DNA from: Azolla caroliniana
Lineage: Eukaryota > Plantae > Polypodiophyta
Assembly: GCA_043228905.1 (NCBI GenBank)
Contig: JBHGNT010000001.1
Span: forward strand, 25,854,001 to 25,918,000
Reading direction: 5' to 3'
DNA: 64,000 nucleotides
In this document: piece by piece, positions 38,594-51,600 of the stretch
Position numbering within the stretch: the first letter of the stretch is position 1
How the letters are laid out: each line of letters opens with the position of its first letter
The notes under the pieces: generated by a model
Seen by the model: only the letters and a program-made list of their open reading frames with translations
Database searches by the model: none
Told to the model about the DNA's origin: nothing
Translations under genes and position numbers: made by a program

Positions 38594-41560
38594 TTATTCT
38601 TCTTCGAGAATGTGCAGGATGCTTGCCATAGTCATTCGCTTTGGCAACGAATTCGGCTGAGTGGTTGGTCCGTGTTTGTTGCTCCTTGGTCGTTGGTTGC
38701 TCGATTGGTATTTCCTCAGACTTTCATGTAGGGCTGGTTTGTTGAGTGTGTCATCCGGGTGGGTGTGCTGGTTGATTGAGTTTCCTTGCTCCCGCTCCTC
38801 GCTTATTTGCTCGTCGTTTTCTAGTGTTGCCACCTGATCGAACGTGTTTCGTCGGGGGAATTCTTCTTCTCCTTTTGTTGGGGCATCGATTTCGGTCTCG
38901 GCCTGGAGTCCCTCCCGTTTGTAATGCTCCAAGTCAAGGGCGAGTTGCAGTTGCTCGTTCTCGAAGTCCTGGAGGAGTTTCTTGACTTCCTCGCTATGCA
39001 TCTGGGCGAGGGAGGAAAATTCGTCGGAGTAAAATCCTTTCTCGGAGGAGTTTCTTGACTTTCTCGGAGTAGTTGGATGTTGTTCTCATCCATCTTGTAA
39101 AATCCTTGGCCCTCCTTCTTGTGGTTCTCGTGATCTACTCCGAATACTTGCAATTCAGCCGCTTGGGACGACCATTCGGTCCATCCGTATGACAAAGCTT
39201 CGTCGATCCATGAGTACAATTGTTGCCGATGCTTTGTTAGCAAAGCCTTAATCTGAATTTTGCACATCTTGCTTTGAGCTCGAAACTCCTGCAGGTTCTT
39301 GGCGAAGTCGGCGTGTTGGGCATACATAGCTTCCATAAGAGCGCTCATTTCCGTGATTCGGTCCTCACAGTGGTCACATTCTTGTTCTAGCTGTCGTGCT
39401 AGTCGAAGCTCATCTTCCTCAATGGCATGTCTAGAACATGTAAGTTCGTGTCGATATGTCTTAATTTCCTTGCTTTGCAGTTAATCGCGAATTTGAAGGG
39501 TTGAGCAACTGTTAGTGGTGTAAGTTGAAATCGACCAACGACGACTTATGCTCATTCTGCAGTTGTCGGTGCCACTCTTGTTTGTCCTGGAGAACTTGCT
39601 TATGATCTTTGATGGTAGCCTTAAGCAATCGTTGGAAGCCCTCCTCTATTGTTCTCATCGTTTCGGCCATCTGGTATGCTTGTGTGTGAAGAGCCATTGT
39701 GTTATGCTCCTCTTTCTCGCGCAGGGCCTCAGCCGTTTACTATCGTTGTTCTCGAAGGCGGCTTGTCGCTTTATCCTCGTGCGCCTGAAGAGCTTGGTTG
39801 TATTCCTCCGCCTTCTCCCTTAAGATTGTAATGAGTTGCGCTTGCAACCCAACTTCATGATGTTGGGCCTGTTGGAGCGATGTGTGGATTTTATCGATTT
39901 CGGCGAGGGCTGCGTGATAGCATTCCTTGGCCTTCGTGGCAATCACCGTTTGTGTTGCTAGGGCGTCGGGAGTGGTAGTTTTAACGGCAACCGGTGCCAT
40001 GGGAGGGACCTCTTGCGTGATGGTTTCGGCTTCTGCAGGGAGGGTGCTCGTGGGGAGGTTGGTATTGGCCGGTGTTAAGAGGGTGAGAGGAGTTTCTAGG
40101 TTGGGGACGACGACAGAGGCAGTGTTGGTGGGCCAAGTTTAGCGATCCTGGTTTCCGAAGCCTGCTAGAGCTCTATTGCGTGTTTGGCTTGTTTGTGTGC
40201 CTGTTTATTGCTCGAGGCCATCTCCTTAGCTGTGCAGACCGTCTTTGCCAATTCTTGGTATACTTCAACCAAGGAGGTATTGAGTTTTGGTAGCTCGATC
40301 AACAAGTGGTTGTTCCGATTGAGTCGCTTCCGATTGATTTTCTATAAGGCCGCCTCTTTCTCTGCTTCCAACTCGCAAGCTAAGGCTTTCTGGACCATAG
40401 CCCTATCTGCGTGATCCTCCGACATGCGTGTTGTAGCCGCTTCTTGTAGTCGAGCGAGTAAATCGATAAGCTCGAAAGAAGTATTGTGGCCAAGATGGCC
40501 CCGAGCTCAAAAGCTTCTGCTGGAAAATTGGGAAAGGTCAGCATTGTATCCTCCGAAATCTGAGATGCCTGGCCCTCCTGCAATTTCCCTGTCAGAGAGA
40601 GACATGTGTTCGTGACGACGACCACCGTCTTGTCGGGTGCAACTACCAATTGCCGGTCCTCGTCGGTAGGTACCCTTTCTTTCACTTCGCTGCATGGTTG
40701 CAACCAACGACACTTCTTGGATTGGATGCATCCTACCGCTGAGTCCTGTTTAGCCTCTATATCCTCTTGAGGTCGTTTCTTGGTTTCTTAGGAGGGGTGC
40801 CGGGTCTCGTCTCGTATATCTCAACGAGGCCTTGTGAGGAGCGGCTTGGACTCCTCTACCGAATCCTCAGGCCTGGGTTTGTCTCGCCCATGAATAGTGA
40901 AGTTCTCGTTGGCAACTATTAGCGACTCTTGTTCCTAAGTCGCTTGCATTTGCTCAGGGCCGTGGAGAGTTGGACGCGGTGATCCCTTGGTCATCGGGGG
41001 GAGGGGTCCTGCCATTCTTATTGTGTGAATTGTAAGGCCCGTTGTCATTTGGTGTTAGTGGGCGGTGCAAGGGGTTTCCTTGCGCGAGGGTGGAATGAGG
41101 TGGGTAGAGCATAGACAGATATTAAGCCAATGCGGGGAACAACTTCTTCCCCGCTTGTAGAGCTGAGAGTCCTGTGCGGAGAGCCTCACCGATCATGGAA
41201 CCCCAATCGATTTGGCCTTCATTGTATGCTGTGATGATGACCCCAACCCTTTTCTTCTGCATGCCATAGCTTGTTGGATGGACATAGACGACTTCGATTA
41301 GGAACTTCGTGAGATCTCGAAACAACTCGTTGGGATCTCCTTGTGTTCTGTATGCTTTAGCCGAGGCAGAGTATTCCCCGAAATAGGATTCGAGGACTTG
41401 TGGGGGTGGAATCTAGATGTCGTGATGGCCACTCTATGGACGCGTTCTTTGTAGGCACTACGTTTTCCGATGCGTGGCTATGTACCCTAGATTCAGAATC
41501 CTGCTTGCCATTACTTGATATTAATGCCACGTGTTGGGAACGAACTTGTACTTTCTTTTC
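38594..41560 (-). pseudogene. Accessory ORF of element A downstream of pol (conserved N-terminal domain + coiled coil), fragmented
   Basis: FRDLTKFLIEVVYVHPTSYGMQKKRVGVIITAYNEGQIDWG is homologous to the ORFs at 53980 and 63476. E/Q/K/L-rich segments follow. Confidence 0.75.
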
Positions 41561-41880
41561 TTGAACTGAGTGCATGCACATGCACTTTAAATACTGACTA
41601 GGTGGTTTTTTTTCTTTTTTCTTTTAAATACTAATAATCACACCTAATATACATGTTAGGGTAGGTGGGGTTGCTACCGTAATTGCGGCTAGGTGGACTC
41701 ATGAACCACCTTTTGACCTACCTCCGGCAATCTGTGGTCTTGTTGTTTGTTGGAAAAGGGGTTTGGAGGTGTGACCCCGATGTTGTCAGGAATAGTACTA
41801 AAGGCAGATAGGGAATTAGTACTAGAGGTAGAGGAGGATGAGTACTATGAGTACTTAAGAGGAAAAGATGATGTGGAACT

Positions 41881-41915
<35 letters not shown>

Positions 41916-42394
41916 CAAGAACAATTAGGAGGCTTAAGACTGGCGTTGAACTGAATTGGTTCTCAAGAATGCCATGTGCCTCTTTTTATAGTGTGCTTAG
42001 GAGTATTCTTGATATTTTTAGAATGTTCTAGAGAAATCTAGAATATATATGGATTTCTTAAGTGAAATAATAAATGAAAACAATGTTTCTCGTATTACAA
42101 TGTATAGCTTAATGGTAGGGCTTCAACTTATGTGACACAAGGTCATGGGTTCAAATTCTTTTGAAGCCATATGTTGTCCGCCGGAATAGTAACCGACGGA
42201 CAAGAGCGCAGGAATAGGGAATAATATAAGATTGTAACGCATGTAACGGTTCACGCGGGAAGCGTGAACGGCTAAAAGACCCTGCGTATATAAAGGGTAG
42301 AAAACCTCTATTAGAGGGAGCGTGCAATTTTGGGAATGTAAAGAAGCGTATCGTAATAGAATTCTATCTTCTCTGATATTTGTGTATAGTTACG

Positions 42395-45300
42395 TGTAAA
42401 CGATTACTTGTGGAAGCGTTAGAAAACAGAGAAAGTAGGGAATACACAGAGTACATGGGAGAGACAGAGAGAGCAGAACATAAAATCTATATTCAAAAAC
42501 AATATAATCACTCTGTACATACAACTATGCTCAGTAGCACTATTTATACAAGTCCTCGTGGGACTGACAGAAGTACCGCGTACTTCAATGCTCACACGAG
42601 CATCTGACACTTACTACGAGACTATAATTGCCTAGTAGTCTACACTAATATTAGGCTTTCGGTTACTGATTGGATCCGGCTAACCGGCTGCCCAACTCAC
42701 CGGCTCTGTTGCTTGCCGGCTTGGTTGCTCACGGCTTACCGATCCGTCTCGCTTGCCGGCTCAGGCTTATTCAGCCGATCCAGCTCCAGTTGAGCTTGCC
42801 GCTCAACACTCCCCCTCAAGCTCAACTTGAGGTTGGATCCTAGTGTCCGTCTCTGTGGTAGTCGGTTCTTCCAACCGACTTCTCCTGGCATCGCTCCGCC
42901 TTGCTCGCGCTCCTCGTTCGGTTCGGTTCTGTTTGCCGCGACCCCTCTTGTTTTGGGCGCCTTGACCTTCTTGGTCAGTATGTCTGCTTAATAGGCCCCT
43001 CTCAGCTCCTTCGTTGCTATGACTTCGGGGCTTATCGATCCGTCGGTTCCTCCGCGATGGCATCGATTTCCGCTGCATCCGTGTTTGCTTGGCCTTGAAT
43101 TGATCCGGTTCTTCCAAATTCGTCTTTTGAACCGAATCGACTGTCTCCGATTCGTTCCAGCTCTTGTCCGAATCGATTGCTTCCGATTTGTCTTCTGGTT
43201 CCAAGCCCTTCACCACATCGGACCATGTCCGGGTCTTGGCCTTCTTCCTTCGGTCGGCTCTGTCCTTCTTGACTCTCCCGCCTTCTGTTCTTCCCTCACC
43301 GGCGCAATCGGCAGTCTCTTTGCCTTTGCCCATTCCGGTGTCTTTGCTCGTTCTCCCCTCAAGTGTGGCACGTCGAGATGCTGAACACCAAGCATTTCGG
43401 TGAAGTGCTGCAACTTGTCCGATTCGAGCGGTTTGGTGAAGATGTCGGCAACTTGCCGATCCGTGTGAACATACCGAAGTTCGACCTCACCGCTTAGGAC
43501 ACGCTTACGCACAAAGTGATAGTGCACTTCTATGTGCTTTGTGCGAGCATGGAATACGGGATTCTTGGCGAGTTGCATGCTGCTGATGTTGTCGTAGTAG
43601 ACCAGAATCGGGGTTGGGACCTCGATTCGTAGGTCTTACAGCAGTCGCCGAAGCCAAATGGCTTCATAGGTGGCAAGGGTAGCGCCACGATACTCAGCCT
43701 CAGTGCTCAACAGAGCAACTGTTGGTTGCTTTTTGCTGCTCCACGCAATAGCCGCACTACGTAGGGAAAACATGAAACCGGAGGTTGATCGGTGATTTGA
43801 TGCATCGCCGGCCCAGTCGGCATCCGTGTAACTGACGAGCTCTTCGGTTATACCTCGTTGGTATACAGTCCCCGGTCCTTCGTGCCGCTGACATACCGCA
43901 ATATCCTTTGCACGCACTGAAGGTGCTCCATGGTCGGCTTCTGCAAGAACGGACTTATCATTCCGACCAGATAGCTGATGTTGGGTCGCGTGATAAGCAA
44001 GTAAATAAGGCTTTCGACAATTTGTCGGAACTTTTGCTCGTTGTAGGCCAGTCCGGAGTTGGGATGAAGCTTCTGGTTCCGGTCCAAGGGTGTGGAAACA
44101 GGTCGGCATTCTGTCATGCCGAACTTGTACAACATATTCAAGACGTAATGTCGTTGTGAGAGCAATATGCCGTCCGGGGTTCAGATCACCTCGATCCCTA
44201 GAAAATAATGAAGGTCCCCCAGATCCTTGATCTCAAATGCGTCCGACAACTGGGACTTGACGTGGTTGATTTCTGGAACACCCGGTCAGGTGATGACTAG
44301 ATCATCAACATACAACAGTATACATACCGGATTGTCGGAGCCTTGCCGGATGAACAATGAAGAGTCCGATTTGGAGCCCACAAACCCCATCTTACGCAAC
44401 CGGTGCGTGATCTTCGCATTCCAAACTCGAGGGGCTTGCTTCAGGCCGTACAATGACTTCTTCAACCGGCATACCGCCGACTTGTTCATCTCCGATTGAA
44501 AACCGGGAGGCTGAGTCATAAAGACTTCTTCTTCAAGATCACCTTGAAGAAATGCATTCTTCACATCCATCTGATGAAGATGCCACCCCCTTGCCGCAGC
44601 AACCGCCAGCACCACTCGAACCGTCGTCATCTTTGCTACAGGAGCGAAGGTCTCGTCGTAGTCGATTCTGTGGGTCTGCACATATCCCTTCGCCACTAAC
44701 CGGGCTTTATACCGGTTAACAGAACCATCAACATTGTACTTTACCTTGTATATCCAATTGCATCCGATCGGTTTACAGTGACGAGGAGGGTCAACCAGGT
44801 CCCATGTCTTGTTGACATCAAGTGCCCGCATTTCTTCCTCCATAGAAGCATGCCAATTTGCCTCCTTGGCCTCTTCTGCGTAGCTCTCCGGCTCACACAC
44901 TTCCGCCACCTTAGTCATGTACGCATAGTGATGCGCCATGTACTCATTGTACCCATACTGCTTGACGGGATCCATCTGGCGGGTGGACCGGCGTAACTCA
45001 CCGTTACCCGGTTTGAGGCCCTTCTTGGCTGGTTTGGTCTTCGTTGCCGAAGATCCACCTTTCTCCTTGCCAGAGTGGGATGCACATTGATCCGACTCAT
45101 CGTTGCCGGTTCCGAATTCCGACATCTTCTTCTTCCCCTTCTCTTTGCGCGTGAACCGTCTCCTCGATTCCTTGCGCGGGGAGTGCACGACAGAGTCTCC
45201 ACTACTCGCCGGTTCCTCATCGGACTGGTCAGATTGACTTAGTGTCTCATTCGGCCCGCTCAACCGGAACGATTCCGGACTCTCATCCTGAGTCCACGCT

Positions 45301-48149
45301 TCATCATCCTCTACCTTGGCCGGTTTAGGATCACTAGCCTTATCCTCTGGCATTGGGTCAGATTCGGAAGTCGGAGTCGGTAAGGAGTACCACGATGCCG
45401 ATTCATCAAACTCGACATCTCGACAAACTCGGACCTGCCTTGTCCGGGGGTTATAACACTTATAACCCTTTTGCTCTTGAGCATAGCCGACTAGGATGCA
45501 TTTTTCCGATTTTGCATCCAGCTTCCTCCACTTCTCATCCGGTACATGCACATATGCAATGCTACCGAAGATCTTAAGGTGTCTCAAATTCGGCTTCCGC
45601 CCGAAATACAGCTCGTGAGCTGACACCTTGTCACCGATCCGGTTCTGGATGTAGACAGCCGTTCGAACTGCCTACGCCCAGTAGAATTTGGGCATGCTCT
45701 TCTGCTCCAGCATTGCCCTTGCCGCATCGATAAGCGACCGGTTCTTCCTCTGGGCAACACCGTTCTGTTGCGGTGTGTATTTGCAGCTGAACTCTCGCCG
45801 AATTCCCATTTGCTGTAGATAACTGTTGAATTGGCCGGAAAAGTATTCTTTCCCGCCATCCGACCGCAGGCATTTGATCTTCCTCTCTGATTCCCGTTCC
45901 ACCATGCTTTGGAGACTCCGGAAACACTCGAAGACTTCACTCTTCCGCTCAATGAGGTAGATCCATGTGTGCCGCGTATAGTCGTCGAAATATCGACTCC
46001 CGCCAAGACTAACATTCTGTGCCGGTCCCCACACATCTGAATGGATTAGGTCGAGCTTGTTATGGCTCCGGTTACGTTCGGTAGGGAATGGAAGCCGGTG
46101 TTGCTTCCCAAGTTGGCAGGCTTCACATACTTGGGCCTTCCGGCCGCTGAACTTCGGCAAACCGAAAACAACTTGTTTCGTTTGCAGGTCTTGAAGCCTC
46201 CGGTAATTGACGTGGCCTATCCGCTTGTGCCATAGGTCGATGTTCGATTCGACCTTCTGTCCTTTTGCAAACTGAGCGGTGCCAACGTCATTGGTGTCGA
46301 GGATAAACATCCTCCCGTCTCTGCGCCCTTGCGCAATAATCTGGTCCTCTTCCTCGATGAAGCACCCAAGGTGTGTAAACCGCACCTGCATCCCCTGGTC
46401 GACGATCTGTCCGACCGACACCAGGTTCTTCGTGATTGTCAGAACATGTAATACGTTCATCAGCTTCCCCTTCTATCCGACGTGGCTCAAAGGGACTTCT
46501 CCGACGTGCACGATTGGGTGAGGAGTGTTGTCTCCGGTTTCGACTACTCCTCGTTGATCCGGTTTCTCCAAAAAGGAGAACCACTCTTTGTGGCTCGTCA
46601 TGTGGTTCGATGCACCGGAATCAACATACCAGACTTCCTCCGATTTGGAAGTGCTCTTCTTCATCGAGTTCGCCTCGTGCTTCATTACCAAGGCTGGCTC
46701 TTTACCGTTCTTGGATCCTCCCGATCCCTTCGCGTAGTGCGAGCTTTGCCGGCCATCGTTGCCGGCCTTGCTGGATCCAGATTTGTCCAAATCGGCTTGT
46801 TTTCTCCAGCACTCGCTTTCTCTGTGGCCCTTTTTGCCACAATACCAGCATTCCGTTTTTGACTTCTCTTGCCGTCTTCCGTAGTCGCCATGTCTCCTGT
46901 GGGAGTCCCGGAACTGCTGTCGGCATGTTCTCTATGCCTTCGTTCTTGCTCTTGCTGGCCGCCTCCATTGCGTGCCGACCTGCCTCGTCCACCACACCCA
47001 CGGGACCGATTCGCCTCTGTGTACATCATCCGGCTGTCAGTGGGTGCGCTAGTTGACGCACCGGCGTGGTTCTCCTCTACAAGGAGCATCGACTGTAAGT
47101 TGAAAAATGACGACGTATTCTCCCTTGTACACACTGCCGTTTGGAATGCTCTGAACTTAGACGCCAGGCCTCCAAGACAGACCTGTACCATCTTGTCTTC
47201 CTCTATGGTAACGTTGATAGAGGCAAGCGAGTCACAGATCTCTTTGATCTGGGCTGTGTAATCCACCACCGACATGTCCTTCTGTCGAACATTGCTCAAC
47301 TCCTGTCGGAGTTGCAACTTTCGGGCTGTAGTGCTCGCGGCGAAAACCTTCTTCAGATTCCCCCAAGCCTCCTTCGGCGTCTTGGCGTCTCGGATGTGGC
47401 TCAGAAGCTGGTCTCCGACACTGGACGTGAAGTAGTACATCACTTTGCTTGCCGATTGTTCCCACACTGGGAAGTCCTTATGTGCCGCATTAGGTGTTGT
47501 TTCATTGGCTCCTTCGACGAAACTCCAGTAGCCATGCCCAAGCAGGTACTGGTGCATCTTATACGACCAAGATGCATAGTTGGATCTGTCGAGTCTCTCC
47601 ATAGGGAGCGAGCTAGCCATCCCTCTATCCATCACTTCTCTGTCTGCTGTTTTACGACCTATTAGGGTTTGCTTTCAAGCGTTTGTCAGCTGCAGAGGAG
47701 GATCTCAACCCTCGCGCTCTGATACCATGTAAACGATTACTTGCGGAAGCGTTAGAAAACAGAGAAAGTAGGGAATACACAGAGTACACGGGAGAGACAG
47801 AGAGAGCAGAACGTAAAGGCTATATTGAAAAACAATATAATCACTCTGTACATACAACTATGCTCAGTAGCACTATTTATACAAGTCCTCGTAGGACTGG
47901 CAGAAGTACCATGTACTTCAATGCTTACATGAGCATCTGACACTTACTACGAGACTATAATTGCCTAGTAGTCTACACTAATACTAGGCTTCCGGTTACT
48001 GACTGGATTCGGCTAACCGGCTAACTGGCTCCCCAACTCACCGGCTTTGTTGCTTGCCGGCTCGGTTGCTCACGGCTTACCGATCCATCTCGCTTGCCGG
48101 CTCAGGCTTATTCAGCTGATCCGGCTCCAGTTGAGCTTGCCGCTCAACA
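42395..48149 (-). mobile_element. Element E: full-length Ty1/copia, youngest member of the nest
   Basis: LTRs at 42395-42808 and 47728-48149 differ by about 20 substitutions and one 8-bp indel (hand count). TSD TTACG/CTACG, tRNA-iMet PBS TGGTATCAGAGC at 47716-47727 and PPT at 42809-42820. Confidence 0.97.
42803..47635 (-). pseudogene. gag-pol of copia E (several frameshifts/stops)
   Basis: gag (NYASWSYKM, LRQELSNV), PR (WYVDSGASNHMT), INT (LWHKRIGH, RSDGGKEY, TPQQNGVA), RT (YKARLVAKG, QMDVKNAFL, LYVDDL) and RH (YTDADWAG, TKHIEVHYHFVR, ADIFTK). Confidence 0.95.
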
Positions 48150-48667
48150 CTACGGCTAATCTATTATGTGTTTGTAAAACCTGAGAGTGTAGAAGTAAGC
48201 AACGGTGAGTGTGTAGCCACTGTTAAGGAGCTCGGTTGTAGCCGTCTCCCTTATACGCTGCTAGGTTACGGGAAACATTCCCCTACGGATTACGCACATA
48301 CGCTACCGTTCATTGTCACACAATCACTTGGAGGTCTAGGTCGAAGGACTGACCGTAGACCGTGTTCCTAATCGGTAACACTTTTGGCACGCTTGGTGAT
48401 CTGTGTCTTCTCACGGATGAACAACAACGAATGGATGTTTAGCCGTCGACGCCCCAGACAACAAACATGACCAGACCGGCCAATCACCAGGTTCATCACA
48501 TGCTAGGCAGAGGACCGCGCATGGTAGAAGCCTCGCCTCAGCGACCTCAACACTACATGTCGTGATCACAAAGGTGATTTTCTGCTCTCCAAATACCTTG
48601 ACGATATGCGGGGAACATGCTCACCACAGCAGCACTGTGGTCTTTCCCGACCTTCTGTAGCCCCCAA

Positions 48668-51600
48668 CATGGCCTTTGCCTATCCCCGTTTTAACGGCAA
48701 AACCGACGCCGCAACTCATATTCGCATGTTCCTCAATGTCTGGAATGCAAACCACATGGCGCAGAGTCGTTCTGAGGCGGTAGTGCACCAGTCCAAAATG
48801 ACGAAGTTCAGGTTAACATTGGATGGGCGAGCGGCATTTTGGCATTCATAGATGGATTTGCCAGCAATCACGACCTTCGACCAGCTGCAGTCCGCCTTTT
48901 TGCGGTTCTTCCATCGGAGGGTTCCACAACGCGAAGTCCTCGGACAGTTCTACACAATTAAGCAGCTGTTGACCGAGACGATTGTAGACTTCGGCTTACG
49001 TTTCCAAAATTTATGGCGGAAACTAGAACGGAGCCCCGCGGAGGACGAGGCTCGAGAGACATTTCTGGCAGCATTACGTCGACCCATACGGACAACGCTC
49101 AACAACAATAGCGTGAAAGGGGAGACGACGGATATGGTCATTGAACAAGCGCTACAACTCGAGCTGGACGATGAAGAGGAAAGGTTTTCTATGTCCTCAT
49201 TACGACAAGCGTTACCTCAGGACGAGGAACGACAATTTCGTCAAGCAATCCAGTGCACAATTTGCTTGAACTCGGGGCATTCCGCAGTGGAGTGCAACAT
49301 GCGAATCCACTGCCCAATCCACAGTCGAACAATACGAATACAATATGCTGAATAGAGCCGCTCCTACAGTATGCAGCATGGACACACAACGTCCCCCACG
49401 CTGTACTGAACAAAGGAGGCAAGAAGACTGACCACGGTATGTGGATCGCAACCCACGTGACGATCGGCACTACCGGAATCGCTGGAATCACAACGATTCC
49501 GAGGAAGACGAGCCAGAGGATGAGGACTACCATGGTCCCCCGAGTTATGCTAAAGGGGGCCGACGCTATGAGAATCACCGGCCGACAAACAAAGGTGGCG
49601 GCTTCAATGGTTATCGTGGGAAGCAGTGGCAATATTGGGACCACCGGCGATATGAGCGATACCAAGAACCACGCCGGAACCAACAACAACCACCGTGTAC
49701 GCTCCGATAGATGAGGCCGGACCGTGAGGAGCAAGTCGCACCAGGGGATTGGCACACACCACCAAGAGCCGAGAAGGGCGAATCGAGCATCCATTGTTTT
49801 GTTTGTCAATAGCCCAAACATTATGCCACGCAATGCCCAATACGCAAGGGCAAGGGGCCCGCCGTCAATACGATTACGACGGAAGTACAGCAAGTCATGA
49901 CACGCCAACAAACAAAAACGGCTGATTGGGCCGTGCAAGATGAGATACAACGACAAGCCCATGCATGGGTTGAAAAAGCAAACGCGACAAATATAGAGCG
50001 CAAGCGGAAGGAGTCCGCGAATACAATGGAGAGAGTGGAGGACGAAGGACCGGCCCTGGACCCCATTTGGCAAGCACTGGCGGGCTGCGAGATAACGTTA
50101 ACCATGGAGAAGCTGCTGCAACTAGTCCCATGCTTCCGCCAGACCATGGAAGAACGAGTGACGGGCATACCCGGGGTGAGCGTCGCTACGAACCTCACAA
50201 ACGTTAGCGACGGACTGCCGGTAGTGGATCACGACAACCTGGCTATTACACGGACAGGAAATCCCAGGATGCATAATCGATGACAGCTTGGGCGTTAATG
50301 TAATTAGTGTGAAAACATGCGAGCAATTAGGCATTTCAGAATGGGAGGCTTGCCCATTCTGGCTCCGTATGGCAGATACCTGCTTAGTACGACCATTGGG
50401 GTTGATACACAAGATAAGCATTATCGTGGGAGGACATCGCTTCGACATCTCGGCGGTAGTCCTCGCCTTGGACGTCCCAGGGCAATACCCTGTGCTGCTG
50501 GGCAGACCGTGGCTTCGGGCATCAAATATCAAGCAAAGCTGGCAACACAAGTGTATCAGCTTTCGACACGGACGCACCAAGGTTCGCGTACCTACGGAGG
50601 GAAGCGTGACACAATCCAAGGGTATAACACCATTATACACGGAAGATATAAATATCCTGGCTGGGGTGGAGGATGCAGAATTAGAGGCATACCTAGACGA
50701 GCACCCTCGGATTATTCCACTGTTCGAAATCGACGTCATCGCAACCACGACAGAATATGCCACGGCCACGATTCTCCACGACGAGGCTTACGAACCAAAC
50801 TCGGAGTCAATATTGGAACTAAGCAGAGCACGGGCAACATTCGAGAGGGAAATGGAAATTTCACGGCGAGTCACCGCCTCCGCCCTGGAAGAAGTAAACG
50901 TGGGTACGATTTCAGAACCCCGTTTTCTCTCCATCGCAAAGGAATTACGGCCGGACCAGAGAGACGCGATGATCGAACTACTCAAGAAATATAAAGATGT
51001 GTTCGCCTGGGCTCACGAGGACATGAAGGGGTTAGATCTGAAGTTCTATCAACATAAGGTCAATTTAGCAACCGACGCAAAACCCGTCCAACAGCGCTGC
51101 TACCGCATGAACCCGAACTACGCGACCCGCGTAAAAGAAGAAATTGACAAACTCCTAAAGGAGGGATTCATATGGGCAGTTAAACAAGCCACATGGTTAA
51201 GTCCGATAGTAGTCATCCCAAAGAAAAACGACTAAATACGTGTATGTGTGGATTACCGAAAATGATATGTCGTAACCATTACGGACGCCTTCCCTTTACC
51301 ATTCACCGATAGCGTACTGGACGCCGTTGCAAGACATGACATGTACAGTTTTTTAGATGGCTTCAGTGGGTATAACCAGGTACGCATGCATCTTGATGAC
51401 CAAGAGAAGACGACATTTGTCACGGACTAGGGAGTCTATGTGGCAGTTGTCATGATGTTCGGGCTAAAGACGGCGCCAGCGACATTTCAACGGACAATTA
51501 CAGAGATCTTTGGGGAATGTATTCCGGCGTTCATGCAAGTTTTTTTAGACAACTTTGCGGTATATGGGAAAACAATCGACCATTTTACGCATCTACATCT

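Noticed and set aside
49189-50769. Antisense ORFs of 294 and 215 aa in element B
   Set aside because: They are mirror frames of gag/protease with no independent features.
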